A stretch of DNA of 53,822 nucleotides from Chromera velia (Eukaryota): the NCBI GenBank assembly GCA_018398765.1, contig JAHBMJ010000215.1:1-53822 (forward strand), given 5' to 3'. The translations under genes and the position numbers were made by a program. This document shows positions 32,001 to 43,814 of this stretch, piece by piece; positions within the stretch are counted from its first letter, which is position 1; each line of letters opens with the position of its first letter. The notes below the pieces were generated by a model that saw only the letters and a program-made list of their open reading frames with translations, was not told the origin of the DNA and searched no databases.

Positions 32001-32411
32001 AAGCGAATTCAAATTCAGAAAGGAAGTGGACTCCCTCGACGCATTCATTCATTCATTCGTGGACAAACGCCCGTACGTATGGTTGGGGTGTACTAATAAG
32101 TTAATTAAGGCAGTCAGCCAGTCACAGAGGGATCAAAGTGACCGGCTGCATCGTTCAGAGACTGTGGGTGGACTGCACGAAAAAAAAGAAAAACAGAAAG
32201 ACGTGCCAGCCCGAAAATGAGAGGACTGAGAGTGGGCGATCGGTCGAATGAATTCACGGAGAGAGGGAAGAAACAAATCGGGGGAATGAATGCGTAGACT
32301 ACTGGGGGACGGCCGTTCCTTCCTGCATGTTGACATGCATCATTTCGTCTTTTCACGATCAGGTCGAAAAATTTTCTTTCTTTCTTTCTGTACTTTCTTT
32401 CTCTCTTTCTC

Positions 32412-32446
<35 letters not shown>

Positions 32447-32829
32447 CTCTTTCTTTCTGTACTTTCCATTTTCTTTTGTCGCTTGTCCTTCAGGCGAATT
32501 TTGTCTATCGATCGATGTGTTGGTTGGGGCTTCTTTCTCTCTCTCTCTCTCTCTCTCTGTCTTCCCAGCTGTCCGACGTCAAAAGGGATCGAGGCCGATT
32601 AGATAGGGGAGGAAGAAATGGACTAGGCGAAAGGAATTCAGGGACAGACAAAAAGAGGCCTGGAGAAGGTAAAGGGGAAGGAAGGAGGCATAATCTAGTG
32701 GGCTCTTCTCTGACGTCCCGGGACGGACCATCAACACCCACCAAGTCATTCCGGTTAGATGACTGGAGTGAGTATTGTTTCTCTCAGCATCTGCTTTCCA
32801 GAGCGGGACTGAGGTTGGACAATGGGCAT

Positions 32830-32967
32830 GCAGCTACTTTCTTTCTTTTTTTCTTGCATCGATTGACTGACCAATAGTGGGCAGCTACTTTCTTTCTTTC
32901 TTGCATCGATTGACTGACCAATAGTGGGCAGCTGCTTTCTTTCTTGCATCGATTGACTGACCAATAG
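32830..32967. repeat. Three-unit minisatellite GCAGCT(A/G)C(TTTC)nTTGCATCGATTGACTGACCAATAG
   Basis: Read directly. Each unit is shorter than the last by about one TTTC. Confidence 0.9.
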
Positions 32968-33649
32968 CAAGCCGAGGCAAGCATGATGGCCACTGCATGT
33001 TTCACTAATGTGCAGTCTCTGCGTAATCAGAAGGAGTGGAAGGCCACTCAAGTGACTGAAGAGAACAGAGCAAGGGTGTCAGAGAACAGAGCAAAGGTGC
33101 AAACATACCCTCACTCACACTCAGAGAGAAGGAGGGAGTGAGGGAGATAGAGAAGAATTAAAGAGTTCGCGAGACCAAAAGTCCCCCCCTCTTAGAATGG
33201 ACCCTCATTCATTTCCTTTTCTCCAGGGCCCGTAAATTTGGGACCGGGACAATTAACCGATCAAGGGTGGGTTGATCGATCAGTTAAGCAGGCAGGCAGG
33301 CACTACAGGAACGGGCGGGTGGAAGTCGGAGGCCGGTCTGTCAGAAAAAGTGAGCGAGAGGTCGTCAGGGTTCCTGCTCTCGTTCTTGTACTAAGTCTTG
33401 AATGGACGTTTTCGTGGGGTGGCAGCTTCGGCACTCTGTATGTGTCGCTCTCTGCCTGGGGTGGCAGCTCGAGCCTCGACTTTTTTGTTTCATTTCCCAC
33501 ATCTGTCTTTCCCCGGAAGTTTCCCGTCTCCCTCCCCTTTGCTAGCTCCTTTTAGTCCTGCACTCCTCAGGCACTCCGAGAAAAACATTTGTTGAAGAAA
33601 TCGCTGTTTGGGTTTCGATCCGAGTCGATGGACGACTCACTGCTGATGC

Positions 33650-34420
33650 TGGACACGGGCATTCATGAAAATGAAGGGTATAAGAGACGCTATATGTTTA
33701 CAATACTTGCAAGCATAAGTTGATGAACAATGTTTAACACTAGGATTGATTGTTTTGTTCCGCCCTAGTTTAACATGGAAAATGATATAATTGATTGATG
33801 AATTCAATTAAATTGATGAACAGATTGATAATGATCGAATGAGAGGTTCCGCCCCAGCGTTTTTTGATCCGCTATGTCTACTATGCTGGGTATGATATAT
33901 TAGGATTAGGATACATAGATATGTAAAGTTTGAGTGAAGATAACCTATTAGGAAGATAACACTCCTTTTTTTTTGGATTAAAACAATATTACAAAGTTTT
34001 AGTGATAGCCCCGACTAGTAAAATTTAGTAAAATTCACATGCGGGTGAAATAGAGAATCGGTGCTTCATGTGTTGGTTAACACGTTCTAAACTACTATAG
34101 TTGAGTTCTTCCAATCAATCATCTTGTTACCACTTATTACCACTTATATAAGATTCTAGAACACGGAACTGTTTTTTTTTTCTTGCATGACAAGTTAAAC
34201 ACTATTAAACACAAAGCTTGTGTACTCCTCCGTTAGTCCGTTAAACTCTGTTTATGGTTTATAGTCGTACACCAAGCATGGCCAGCCCCCGTTATGCTAG
34301 TAGGCATGCATGCATAGTTGTTGGTTCGTAATGGTGCGTATACTATAGCGCCAGTACGTATAGTCCGAAATGCCTCGGCGCGCAATGCCCCCACTCTCGC
34401 GTGTAGTAATTTTTTTTTCT
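33650..34420. other. AT/TpA-rich intergenic island, probably decayed repeats
   Basis: Composition shift, no credible ORF, and a GTTCCGCCC(C/T)AG motif shared with other islands. Confidence 0.55.
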
Positions 34421-34690
34421 TCAATATTAATCATCCTTCCTTCCTTCTGCATATGCTCTTATCGCCTCTCCGGGCGTGTATTGGTGCATATGCATGTAAT
34501 TGAATTCCTTCCTGCATGTACATCCATTATTATGCATAGCAATGCATAGCATCCTTGCATCCGTCCATCCGTCGATTTTGTTGGCGGCCGGCCGTCCATC
34601 CATCGATGTATGCATGGATCCTTACTAGATGACACAGTGCACGGCATGACGGTACAGAGCCGCAACTGTATGGCCATCCCGACTTGCATC
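34277..34690. promoter_or_regulatory. Cluster of (T)GCATG(CA) motifs upstream of the gene at 34834; candidate ApiAP2-type binding sites
   Basis: Many TGCAT/GCATG words, including TGCATGCA-like gcatgcatgcat at ~34303. TGCATGCA is an established AP2-domain motif in apicomplexans; function here is inferred. Confidence 0.4.
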
Positions 34691-34833
34691 GCAAAGCTTT
34701 GAGTGATCGATCGACTGAAAGACCGTCTTGTGGCTGATGCCAAAACCAAGTGGTGACTGGCTGACCTGAGTGACTGCCTGACTGACCGACCCGGCCTGTT
34801 TACCCATGAACTGACTGCTCGACAGACAAAAGG

Positions 34834-36871
34834 ATGGCAGCAACACAGCAGCAGCCGACTTTGATGGTTCCAGACGCGCTTTCTGGAGCCTGCTCCCCTT
34901 CTTGGATCGGCCTCTCCAACTCTCCGAAGAAATATCTCACGGTTGGGGGGGAGTCTCCGAGAAAGTCCCCTCCTGTCTCGAGAGACATTACTCCAAACAG
35001 GTTTTCTCTCCGAAAGAACGAAGAAAGCTATGATGCCTCACTCCTTGTAGACGGCATCTCAGTGGAGGCGTGCAAAGACGCAGCGTCCATCTCTTCCCCA
35101 ACCCCCTGCACCCTCTGTTCAACAGACATGCAGCTGGAACTTCGCGCACAGCAAGGCGCACAGACGCTCTATAAGGGTGAAGCAGCGAAGGTGAAAGCCA
35201 TCTCACACGGGGCGGAAGCCTTCCAAGACACCGGGGCACAGCCCCCATCGGACGCAGAGAGTTGGTGTGTGATGACCACTGGGTCAGAGACCATCTTTAT
35301 CAGGGGCATTCAGCACACAGGGGCCCAGATTGCCGCAGCGGTGCAGGGGGTCAGTGCTCAGCATGCTGCAGGAGTGCTGACCAAGAGAGCGAAAGCAAAG
35401 CTCTCCCAGGCGCAACTCGGCAAGACCCCACAGCTGCTTCACGTGAAACAGGTTGGGTTTCCCCAAACATTCTTCAACCCCCCAAGCGACGAGAATGCTT
35501 CGATTGAGTACGAAGTCTCGTTTGACATTGAGGCACAAGGGAAAGGGAACGGAGAAGAGGGAGAAGGCGAGACAATGCGCACAGTTTCGCTCCCCGCCTT
35601 CGTCGACGACGTTTCGCAAATCAGCAAAGCGGTGGCGAAGTTCCTGGAGGGCAACAGCCTCTACGTGTCCGATGTGAAGAGACTCGGAGTGCGGCTCCAA
35701 GAATTTGCAGAGGTGCGCAGGCACATTTCTGTCTATCTGTCTGTCGGTCTATCGGTCTGTACATGCAGTATTTCTGTCTGCCTCTCTGTCTCTTAGCTGT
35801 TTCTTTTCATCAGTCCCTAAATCCCGAGTTTTTCTTTTCCCACGCCCCCTTTTCTTAGCTCACACAAATTGGTGCACATCTTTTCTCGGAGACAACCAGG
35901 CAGTCAGAAGGACAGACAAAAAAGAATCATTTCGGCTTTGGTTCCTTTTGCCATCCGCCCGAAAAGTTCTGAATTCATTCAGTCAGCCACTGAGCCAGTC
36001 TGTCGGTATTTTGATGCATGGATCTTTTGATCTGACAACCCATTTTGATTCTGTCTATCTCCCCCACATGCAGCGCTTTCCTCGATACCTGGTTTCTGAC
36101 CTTAGCTTCACATTCCGCTGTGGTCCAAACAGTATTTCTTAGGTCCCTATTTCTTCCTTTCTGTCTTTCTTTCTTTCTTTCTTTTTTTCTTTCTTTTTGT
36201 TTCCCTGCCTGTCAGGTAGCCCCCCTGGGCACCTCTGGAAATTTCCTTCCGAACATTCTGAGTGGACTCTTTGCAAGGGCAGCGGGGGGGGGAATGGCAG
36301 ACGTCAGCATGAAGGAGCTGGAGCAGGCACGGAGCGAGTTGGACGATTTTGCCAAGGTGCTGAGTAGAATGCCTACAGTCCAGGGTGAAGAGGGGGGTGG
36401 GGGAAGCGACGATGACAGGGCGATTGAGGGGACAGCGATGGCGATTCGTTGTCTTCTGAGGACTCTGGAGGATTCTGCCAGAATCGGAGACGGACCGGGT
36501 GAGCCTGTCAAGGAAGCGCCTAAGGCAGAGACGGAGGATGACCGGCAGCAGACAGTGGAGGAGGAGGAGACTTTCCTGGAGGCAGCAGGATTGGGGGACT
36601 TCATGTGCAAGAACAAGAACGGCAGAGACTGCACAAGTGCTTGCGTGCTGCAGTGAGAGAAGAGAACACCCAGTCTGACCCAAAAGCGATGTTTGAGGGA
36701 AGAAGAAGGACATACCTGCTAAAGAACGAAGAGAAAAAAAAGAGAAAAAAATATGCAGAAGGAAGCAAAAGGATAGAAAGCATAAATCAAAAAGGTGACA
36801 AAGCCAGGGATAGCAAAGGGGGACCCACGGGAAGACAAAGAATTTTTTTTCGATCACAATTGCTTGACTGA
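34834..36871 (+). CDS. Hypothetical protein, two exons; 3' end uncertain (stop at 36656, or 36871 after a frameshift)
   Basis: Exon 1 34834-35712 (293 codons, donor GAG|gtgcgc) and exon 2 from 36216 (cag|GTAGCC, phase 0). Complex globular-looking sequence; no family recognised. Confidence 0.75.
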
Positions 36872-36979
36872 TGAAAGTGATATGCGATGCCACAGACCGA
36901 TCCATCTGCTACCGTCTGCATACGTCTGCACCTTTTCATGATTAGATGATTCTGCATGCAAAAACTATTACACCACCGC

Positions 36980-38900
36980 ATATACTTCCGCTTTAAATTT
37001 GAATGATCTATTTATTCAGCTATAATTTGATTGACGAATGTACTTTTTAAAAAGTTTGTAAAAGTCATTAAGATTTAATAGCATCGTCAATGACTCGTCA
37101 TCCTCTACCATCGCTATTGGCTTTAATACAATTAAATACATATACGTACTATTAAACTCTAGATTAAATTCTAACTGTTGGGAGGAGATCGGACGTTACG
37201 GTGAGCCGCCGTCATATAGGTGACCGTGTATTGGTCAATATCTTTTCGACTGCATATATATATCTAGGTTAAGACTCCACTGCAATTAATTTCAGTTTTG
37301 TACTAAGACTGATCGAGCCTTTTTCCTAGCTCTTTACAGCCTTTAACATTCGATCTACTGTGATCATCTACATTATACTAAGCCTATATGATAATAGTAA
37401 GTAGTCATCGATCATTATCATCATCTTGATATCATCCTATACCATTATCGCCGTTTGTCTAGACTAGTGTAGTATATATATTAATAGTGGCCTAGCCTTT
37501 AAGGCTTCCAACCCCTAAAGAATGTCCGGTGGAATGTCCGGTGAAAAAGTCCGGCTACCGGACATTTTGACTTACCTTTTTAAAAAGTCAACTTACCATT
37601 TTGAAAAAGTCTGGTTGATGGATCTCAAAAAGTATGTGGAGTATATATGAAGCTGAAATTTTGTGTACAAAGCGGGTTTGAAGCAGCTGAAAGCGGCTAG
37701 AACTTAGCCTAGAAGCAAACACTAACTTTCAAAAGCCTTTGCCATTTTTTTTTAATAGTTAGAAGAAATGTCGGGTTATCAAAAATGGTAAGTCAAAAAG
37801 GTAACTTAGCAAAATTTATTAATAAAATTCCGGCCGTTTAATTAGTCAACTAGAAAAGTTTCATTTCTATTGAGTTTGTTAATCTAAGAGTTTGTCTAAA
37901 TTTTTATCAACGCTCAGGCTGCATGCATGGTCAATAATGGTCAACCAGAATAAATCAGAACATGCAATACGTTGTATATCCAGTTAGGCATTGATATGCA
38001 TTGACAAGAAAACGCCGTTCAAATTTAATAAACTTTAAAATAGTAGAAAAGTTATAAGAAAATCGGCTTGACCAAAAGTGTTTCTTATAGTCTTTAATGA
38101 GAAATATACTGCGTAATATTTAACAGGTTGGCAGGAATTCACGGTAACGCAATGTTACGCAATGTGGTTGACTCAATCCCTCTGAGGCTCTGACCAGCTC
38201 TGACAATCTCTGACACTCCTATTAATTTGAAATGCCGTGTCATAAGCATAGTCAGACTTAAAAGGCCGCGCACCAACGCTTTACTCGAAAGCTATTGAAA
38301 GATACGTTATGTGTTATTACATGTATATACCTGTAGGTATACTTAGGTTGATCCATGTTGATTCATGGGTTAATGAGAAAAAAGGAAAAAAGTTCAGGTT
38401 GCAACCAGGTTCTTTTAAGCAGAATAGATAAAAATAAACCGAAATAAACCAGAACTTTTAGGAACTTTCCATAATCATGCGACTTCTAGTGACTCTAGTC
38501 CACTCTGGTTTGCCGATATCGGTGCATGGCCGGCTTCTGGTCAACTAGAACTCAAAAAATCGTGCGTGATAATAAAGTTCTGGTTGCAAATGATGATTGA
38601 GGGTTTTGTTATGCATGCAAATAATGATTGAAGGTTTTTTTTATGCATGCCGCGTCCCCATATATGAGAGGTGGATCTAACCTAGTTTGTCGATTTGTTC
38701 CGCCCTACAACTACCAGTGACAAAAATAGGAGTGACTTCGATCACCCTGATACTGCTGATCAATCACAGCTTCACAACAGGTTGGATAATCAAAAGAAAG
38801 AGAAAAGAAGGGATGCAAGGCAGAACCTTCGAAACACTTCAGTTCTTTCATTGAAAAAAGGCTATCCTTTTAATTAGAAAGACTTTAATTATGCAGAGGT
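36980..38900. other. AT/TpA-rich island with DNA-transposon-like remnants
   Basis: No ORFs. Repeated CAAC(C/T)AGAA words at 37845-38590. The block aagctgaaattttgtgtaca at ~37650 is shared with the foldback MITE (~23649). Confidence 0.6.
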
Positions 38901-39545
38901 GCATCCCACACGTCTTCCATCCCTTCAAAGAACTCCTGCTTTAAACACCCCATCAAAACTCTTTCTTTAAACTCAGTTCCCCAAACTTTTCCGATTCATT
39001 TGCTTGCGCTTTTACCCATCCCTCTTCTGTCTTCTCGCATTGCCAAAGAAATTCCTTCAGTTTGCGCCCTCCCGGTCAAAAGATTTTTGTAAATCCAGAA
39101 CTCTAGAGAACTCAGAGTTACGTGGCGTGATGATAACACAAAGTTGGTGGCCGGGGTCCGGCCCAAACTCGGCTCGAGTTGCTGCACGCGTACGGAGCGC
39201 CGGCCGGGAAGCCTTCAACTTTCTTGCTAAGAGACGCCAACAGAAAACCAACAAGTTGGTACCCCTTGCAAGAATCGTGACTTGACAAGCACGCCCGTTC
39301 AGAAACCCACAAACTCAAAGTCTGTCAAGCGATGAAACACTTCCAAGATGTGTATTATTTGCATGCCTGCATATTCTAAGTGCTTCCTCACTGAAGCACC
39401 GGCGCTGTGAGTTTGTAAATGAATGGTTGAACGTGACTATTTGAAACATGAAAAGTGAGGTGCCCTTCGTCACCCACCCCAAGACTTTACAGAGCAGTTC
39501 AAGGCGATACTAAGTGCCCAGTCATGCAGAACGATCAGCCCCCCC

Positions 39546-42500
39546 ATGAAGAGGATGCAGCCGCACCTCGGCGGTCCACAGTCCGGCCCAAGCGGTTCTT
39601 CCGGTAGGTCTGTTTTTTTACTCTGCTTACCCCTTGTCTGTCTGACGCATTCTCTCTGTTTTTTGTGCCTTATCCGGGCCTCCCTGTCAATCTACTTATC
39701 TGCTGATGTATTCGGCTGTGCCTGTTCGCACCGTCAGTGCGTGAGAAGTGTCGGAGAGGAAAGAGAAAAGGGGTCATTTGGCGAGCTCCGGTGTCTGCCT
39801 CCTTGTAGTCTGTCACTCTGCTCTACGACCGTCACAGGTTACATCTCCATGCTGCCGGTCTCCTATGTGTGTGCTGTGTTCGCATAGAGGACGAATGGAA
39901 ACAAAGGTGGGAGAAAGAATGAAAGAATCGCGCTGGAAATCAGTATTCATAGATTTAAGGGTCTCTCCGGGGAAGGTCCCGCGGTCCCTCTTCGGTCTGT
40001 CTGTCAGAGTGTGGCCGCGTGTCGTTGAATCTGTGGGAAGGCAGAGAAGAAAAGGAAAAGTGCGTCAGTCTGTCTGCCTACCTGCCTGTTTGTCTGCCCG
40101 CCTCGTGTGTGTTTTTTTTCTTTTTCAGTGTGCCTTACAGCAACGCACCTGGGAGCGGCCTCCGTTTTCTTTCCTTCTTGCAGGATCAAAATGTGCCCTC
40201 ACCTCAGAAAAGGCGGCTGCCGAAGAGGAGATTCCTGCAGCTACGCACATGATCCGAAGGTGCGTGTGTGTTTGTATTGACTGTACCTCTGCATGGTTCT
40301 CTTCCCTCCCTTCTTGCTCTGAACTGAACCCTTGTTCCGACCGCTCCCCCCCCTGCTTCCTTCACTGTCACAGCCGGCCTCCACCTTTGCACCTTTCCCC
40401 CCTTCCTCACGAGATTTCACTTTGAAAGAAAGAATAAATTGCTCCTTGCAGGATCTTCGTCAAGGGCATGTGTCACCTTTCACGAGAGGTGTGTACGTTT
40501 GCCCATGGGAGGGAAGATCTGAAGGAGTCCTTCATTGACAGAACCAGAAGTGCCCTGTGCCGTTACTGGGCATGGGACCTCGACTGCCCCCTTCGGAAGG
40601 CCTGCGAGAACGCCCACGGGCCAGCCGAGCTAAAACCTCGTCGGTCGGTCGGTTGGTCGTGGGAAAGTAGAAAGTGAACCGAAAACAAAACCAGAAAACT
40701 CACGCAACAACAAAGGAGGGAAAGTGTCAGGGGATGCGTAAGAAAAAACCAGAGAAACTGTTTTTGGGACATAAGAGAGCGAAACGCATTTCTTCAGTTG
40801 AGGAAGAAAAGCGCTGCCTGCCTGTATGAGACTGTTGTGCCCAAGCTGCCCTGCGTGTGCACCGTCCGTCCTCCGTTCTCTGTGCTCATTTCTGTATTCC
40901 TCGCTTCCGTTTCTGTCAATGATTCAGACTGAGAATGCGTACCGTCTCCTTCTGTCCCCTTCTCCCTCCCTCCACTCTTCTTGGTGCAGCTACCGGAGTT
41001 TGGAACTGGACAGGAGGGCAATCAAAGAGGGGGTAGATCTTGAAGCTGCAATCGAAGGTCTGTCTGTCTGTCTGTCTGTCTGCATGTCTACTTTTCTTCT
41101 GCCTGGCCTCTGTGTGCGTCTGCTGCGCAGATCGAAAGGAACTTTTGTTTCACGTTCATTCTGATGCTGTAATTCTCACTCCAGTTTCCCGTTCTTCTTG
41201 TGACCAGACAAGCAAGCAAGGAAAGGAGTTCCTGTGAAAGACGCTCATCTGCCCCCACGAGATGGCTGACTGACTGAATGAATGTCGATGCCCTTGTCTC
41301 ACACTCTCACGCTCATTTGAGCTTGGAGAGCCTCGTGCATTGCACTACTTTCCGCACATTCCTTGTAGTTGATGCGCCCTGACCTCCCAGCACGGTGTCA
41401 CACTATTGAGGCAGTGTCCGGCTGAATTCAATACGGATCTATCTCCGTTTTCGTTAGAGACAGAATCCATCGGCAGGGCTTTGTCCCCCCACGCACTCTC
41501 TCTCTGTCTGTCCAGCTTTGCTTGCTTGCTTGTGTGTGTGTGAATACATTCGTGCATCCAGAACAGAACACTACTCCCTCCCTCCCCTTCGAAGGATCGA
41601 TCATGCCCCCCCCCCTCCCTCGCTCCCTCGCTCATACACGCGTTACCTGCCTGCCTGCATGTGGTGATGATGATGCAGAGTTTATTGCCCTCCGCGAGGT
41701 AGAGCCCCCCTGTCCGGTGGAGCTGGGAGAGCTGCCCAAATGGGTCTATGAATTTCACGACTACCCGCACATTCAGCAGGCCCTGCTTCAGATGCAGTCA
41801 GCAAACAATCTCCCAGCAGCGCCGCGCCCCCCCCCCCCCCCCCCCCCCCCCCCCNGCCTCCGCACTGGAGCACTTCAGGAGGAAGAGGAGCTCGTTTTCC
41901 ATTCCCGGCTGCTGCTTCCCCTTCCAGCGTGGGACCGCGGCTGGCACCGGCACCACAGCCTCCAGGAGGGCCTAGGTGGGGGGGAGCACAGGCGGGGGGT
42001 GGTGCAATGCCGAAGGCGCCGAGCCCGCCAGTATCAAGTACGTCTGCTTCTGCTTCTGCAAGTGCGTCTGCTGGTCCGATCCTCTCAGTGAGCCATGGAC
42101 CTCACCCGACCTCTCATCGATTTCAAGACTCGGGCACTGCGAGTGGAGGTGGAGTTCTTCCGTTTGAGCCCAGACCCGTAGCCGTCAGTTGGGGAGGAAG
42201 GGGTGAGATGCTGCTGAGGTATTGGGAAGACATTGGCAGGCAGGCAGAGCAAGTGCCACAGCAAGACCAACGAAGGCTGGGTGGGCTCTCTCTCGATCTT
42301 CATCTCTCGCGCTCTTTTTCTCTTTATTTATGTTTGTCACTCCATCCGAGTTGCTGGGGTAGATGAGGCACTGTGAGGACAAGGGAGTGAGTGAGGACGG
42401 GAGTGGTCCAAATAAGTTCATGTTGTTGTCTTAATTGGTCTGTTTGCCTGCCTGAGGTACTCACTCGATGTCCCGACTTAAGGATCAAGAAAGGCACAGA

Positions 42501-43814
42501 CAGAGCTTAGGAGGGAGGGCATTGGAAACCCGAAAAAGAACTAACTATCTTTTCTCTCCCACTTATGAAGTTCTTCCTCTCGTTCGTTCTTTTGTCTCTC
42601 TCTGTATGTTCCTCCTCGATCTGCAGATCAAGCTGGAGCATCACTGTTCCCTCCGGTCCTACCTGGCCTCTCTCAGCTTGGAATTGCTCCTCGGAATTCG
42701 GGAGGAGCTTCGGGATCGGCTGAAGGCAGAAGGGAAAAGGACACAGGGGGATGAGACGGAAGGCGAAGAGGAGGAGGCCGACGGCTCTGCTGCTGCAGCT
42801 GCCAGTTCCATTCCACACTGCTGTAGGGATGCCACCGTTGTAGCTCGAGGGAAAGACGTTAGCACAGCAGAGACCGTCCAAGGTCCCGATGTGCCAAGCA
42901 GCAGTAGCGCCGCCGCCGTGGCAGGGGGGGCAATGCAGGAGAGGTCCTCCCCTTCCCCTTGTGTTGAATCAAACGAGGGCGAGGCGGGGACCGTTACGAA
43001 GAAATTTGGGGGTTGGGATTCTGGAGTCGCTGCGTCGTCCTCGTTTCCCTTGGTTTCTTTTCCGGAAATATCTCCGATACGTCCAGTGGGAGTGAGAGTG
43101 AGTGTCAATCAAGGGATGCCGGGGGGACGAGGTTCCTTGCAAGGGGAAAGGGGAGATCGCAGCATTCGTGTGGGCGCTGAGGGTGACGAAGAAGACGGTA
43201 TCCCCCAGACATTGGTCGGGGGAGGGGGTGAGGTAGAGGGAGGTGCAGCGTCTGATTCGATGCTGCGAGTCAGATGTCCGCCCCTTCCTCCCCGTGCGCC
43301 CCCCCTCCTCCCCCCACCCCCTTACACGAACGAAGAGGGCTCTTCTCAGGGGTTCTCCGCTCACGGTAGCAGCCCTGTTGCAGTGAGTGATCCTCAGGCG
43401 TCCGACACAACCCCACAAGTAACCGTTGAGGGGGGAAGAGAAGGGGGGGGCAGTTCTGTCATTAGCAGATTTGCCGTCTCCGGGGGTGTCTCGTCTGGTG
43501 GTTCATCTCGTGAGCTCGCTCAACTGAGGGGGGGGAGTTCTGGGCGATCTGCAACTCGAAGCGGGGAGGTGGATTGGAAGTTTGCCGTCTCCCCGCGTGC
43601 TGCTGCTGTGTCAGCGTCCGGTCCTACCCAAACTGGGACAGAGCCCACACCCCACACACAAAATGAAGACAAGCAAACAGACTTACCGACACAAAATCAG
43701 ACAACTCGGGCAGAGCCCAACATCCACGCGCAAAGTCAAGAAAAAGAGGGCGACAAAAAAGAAGAGGATCAATTAGAGGCAGCAGCTCTGGGCCCCATTC
43801 ATGATGCAGTTTAG
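39546..43814 (+). CDS. Three-finger CCCH zinc-finger protein with long low-complexity C-terminus
   Basis: Exons 39546-39603, 39888-39906, 40184-40259, ~40373/40438-40643, 40990-41058, 41679-~42252, 42627-43814. Fingers: RIKMCPHLRKGGCRRGDSCSYAH, APCRIFVKGMCHLSREVCTFAH, RSALCRYWAWDLDCPLRKACENAH. There is a frame problem at ~40435 and an N in the poly-C run at ~41855. Confidence 0.8.

Noticed and set aside
32830..32967. Possible CRISPR-like array
   Set aside because: There are no unique spacers, the context is eukaryotic and no cas genes are present; it is a minisatellite.
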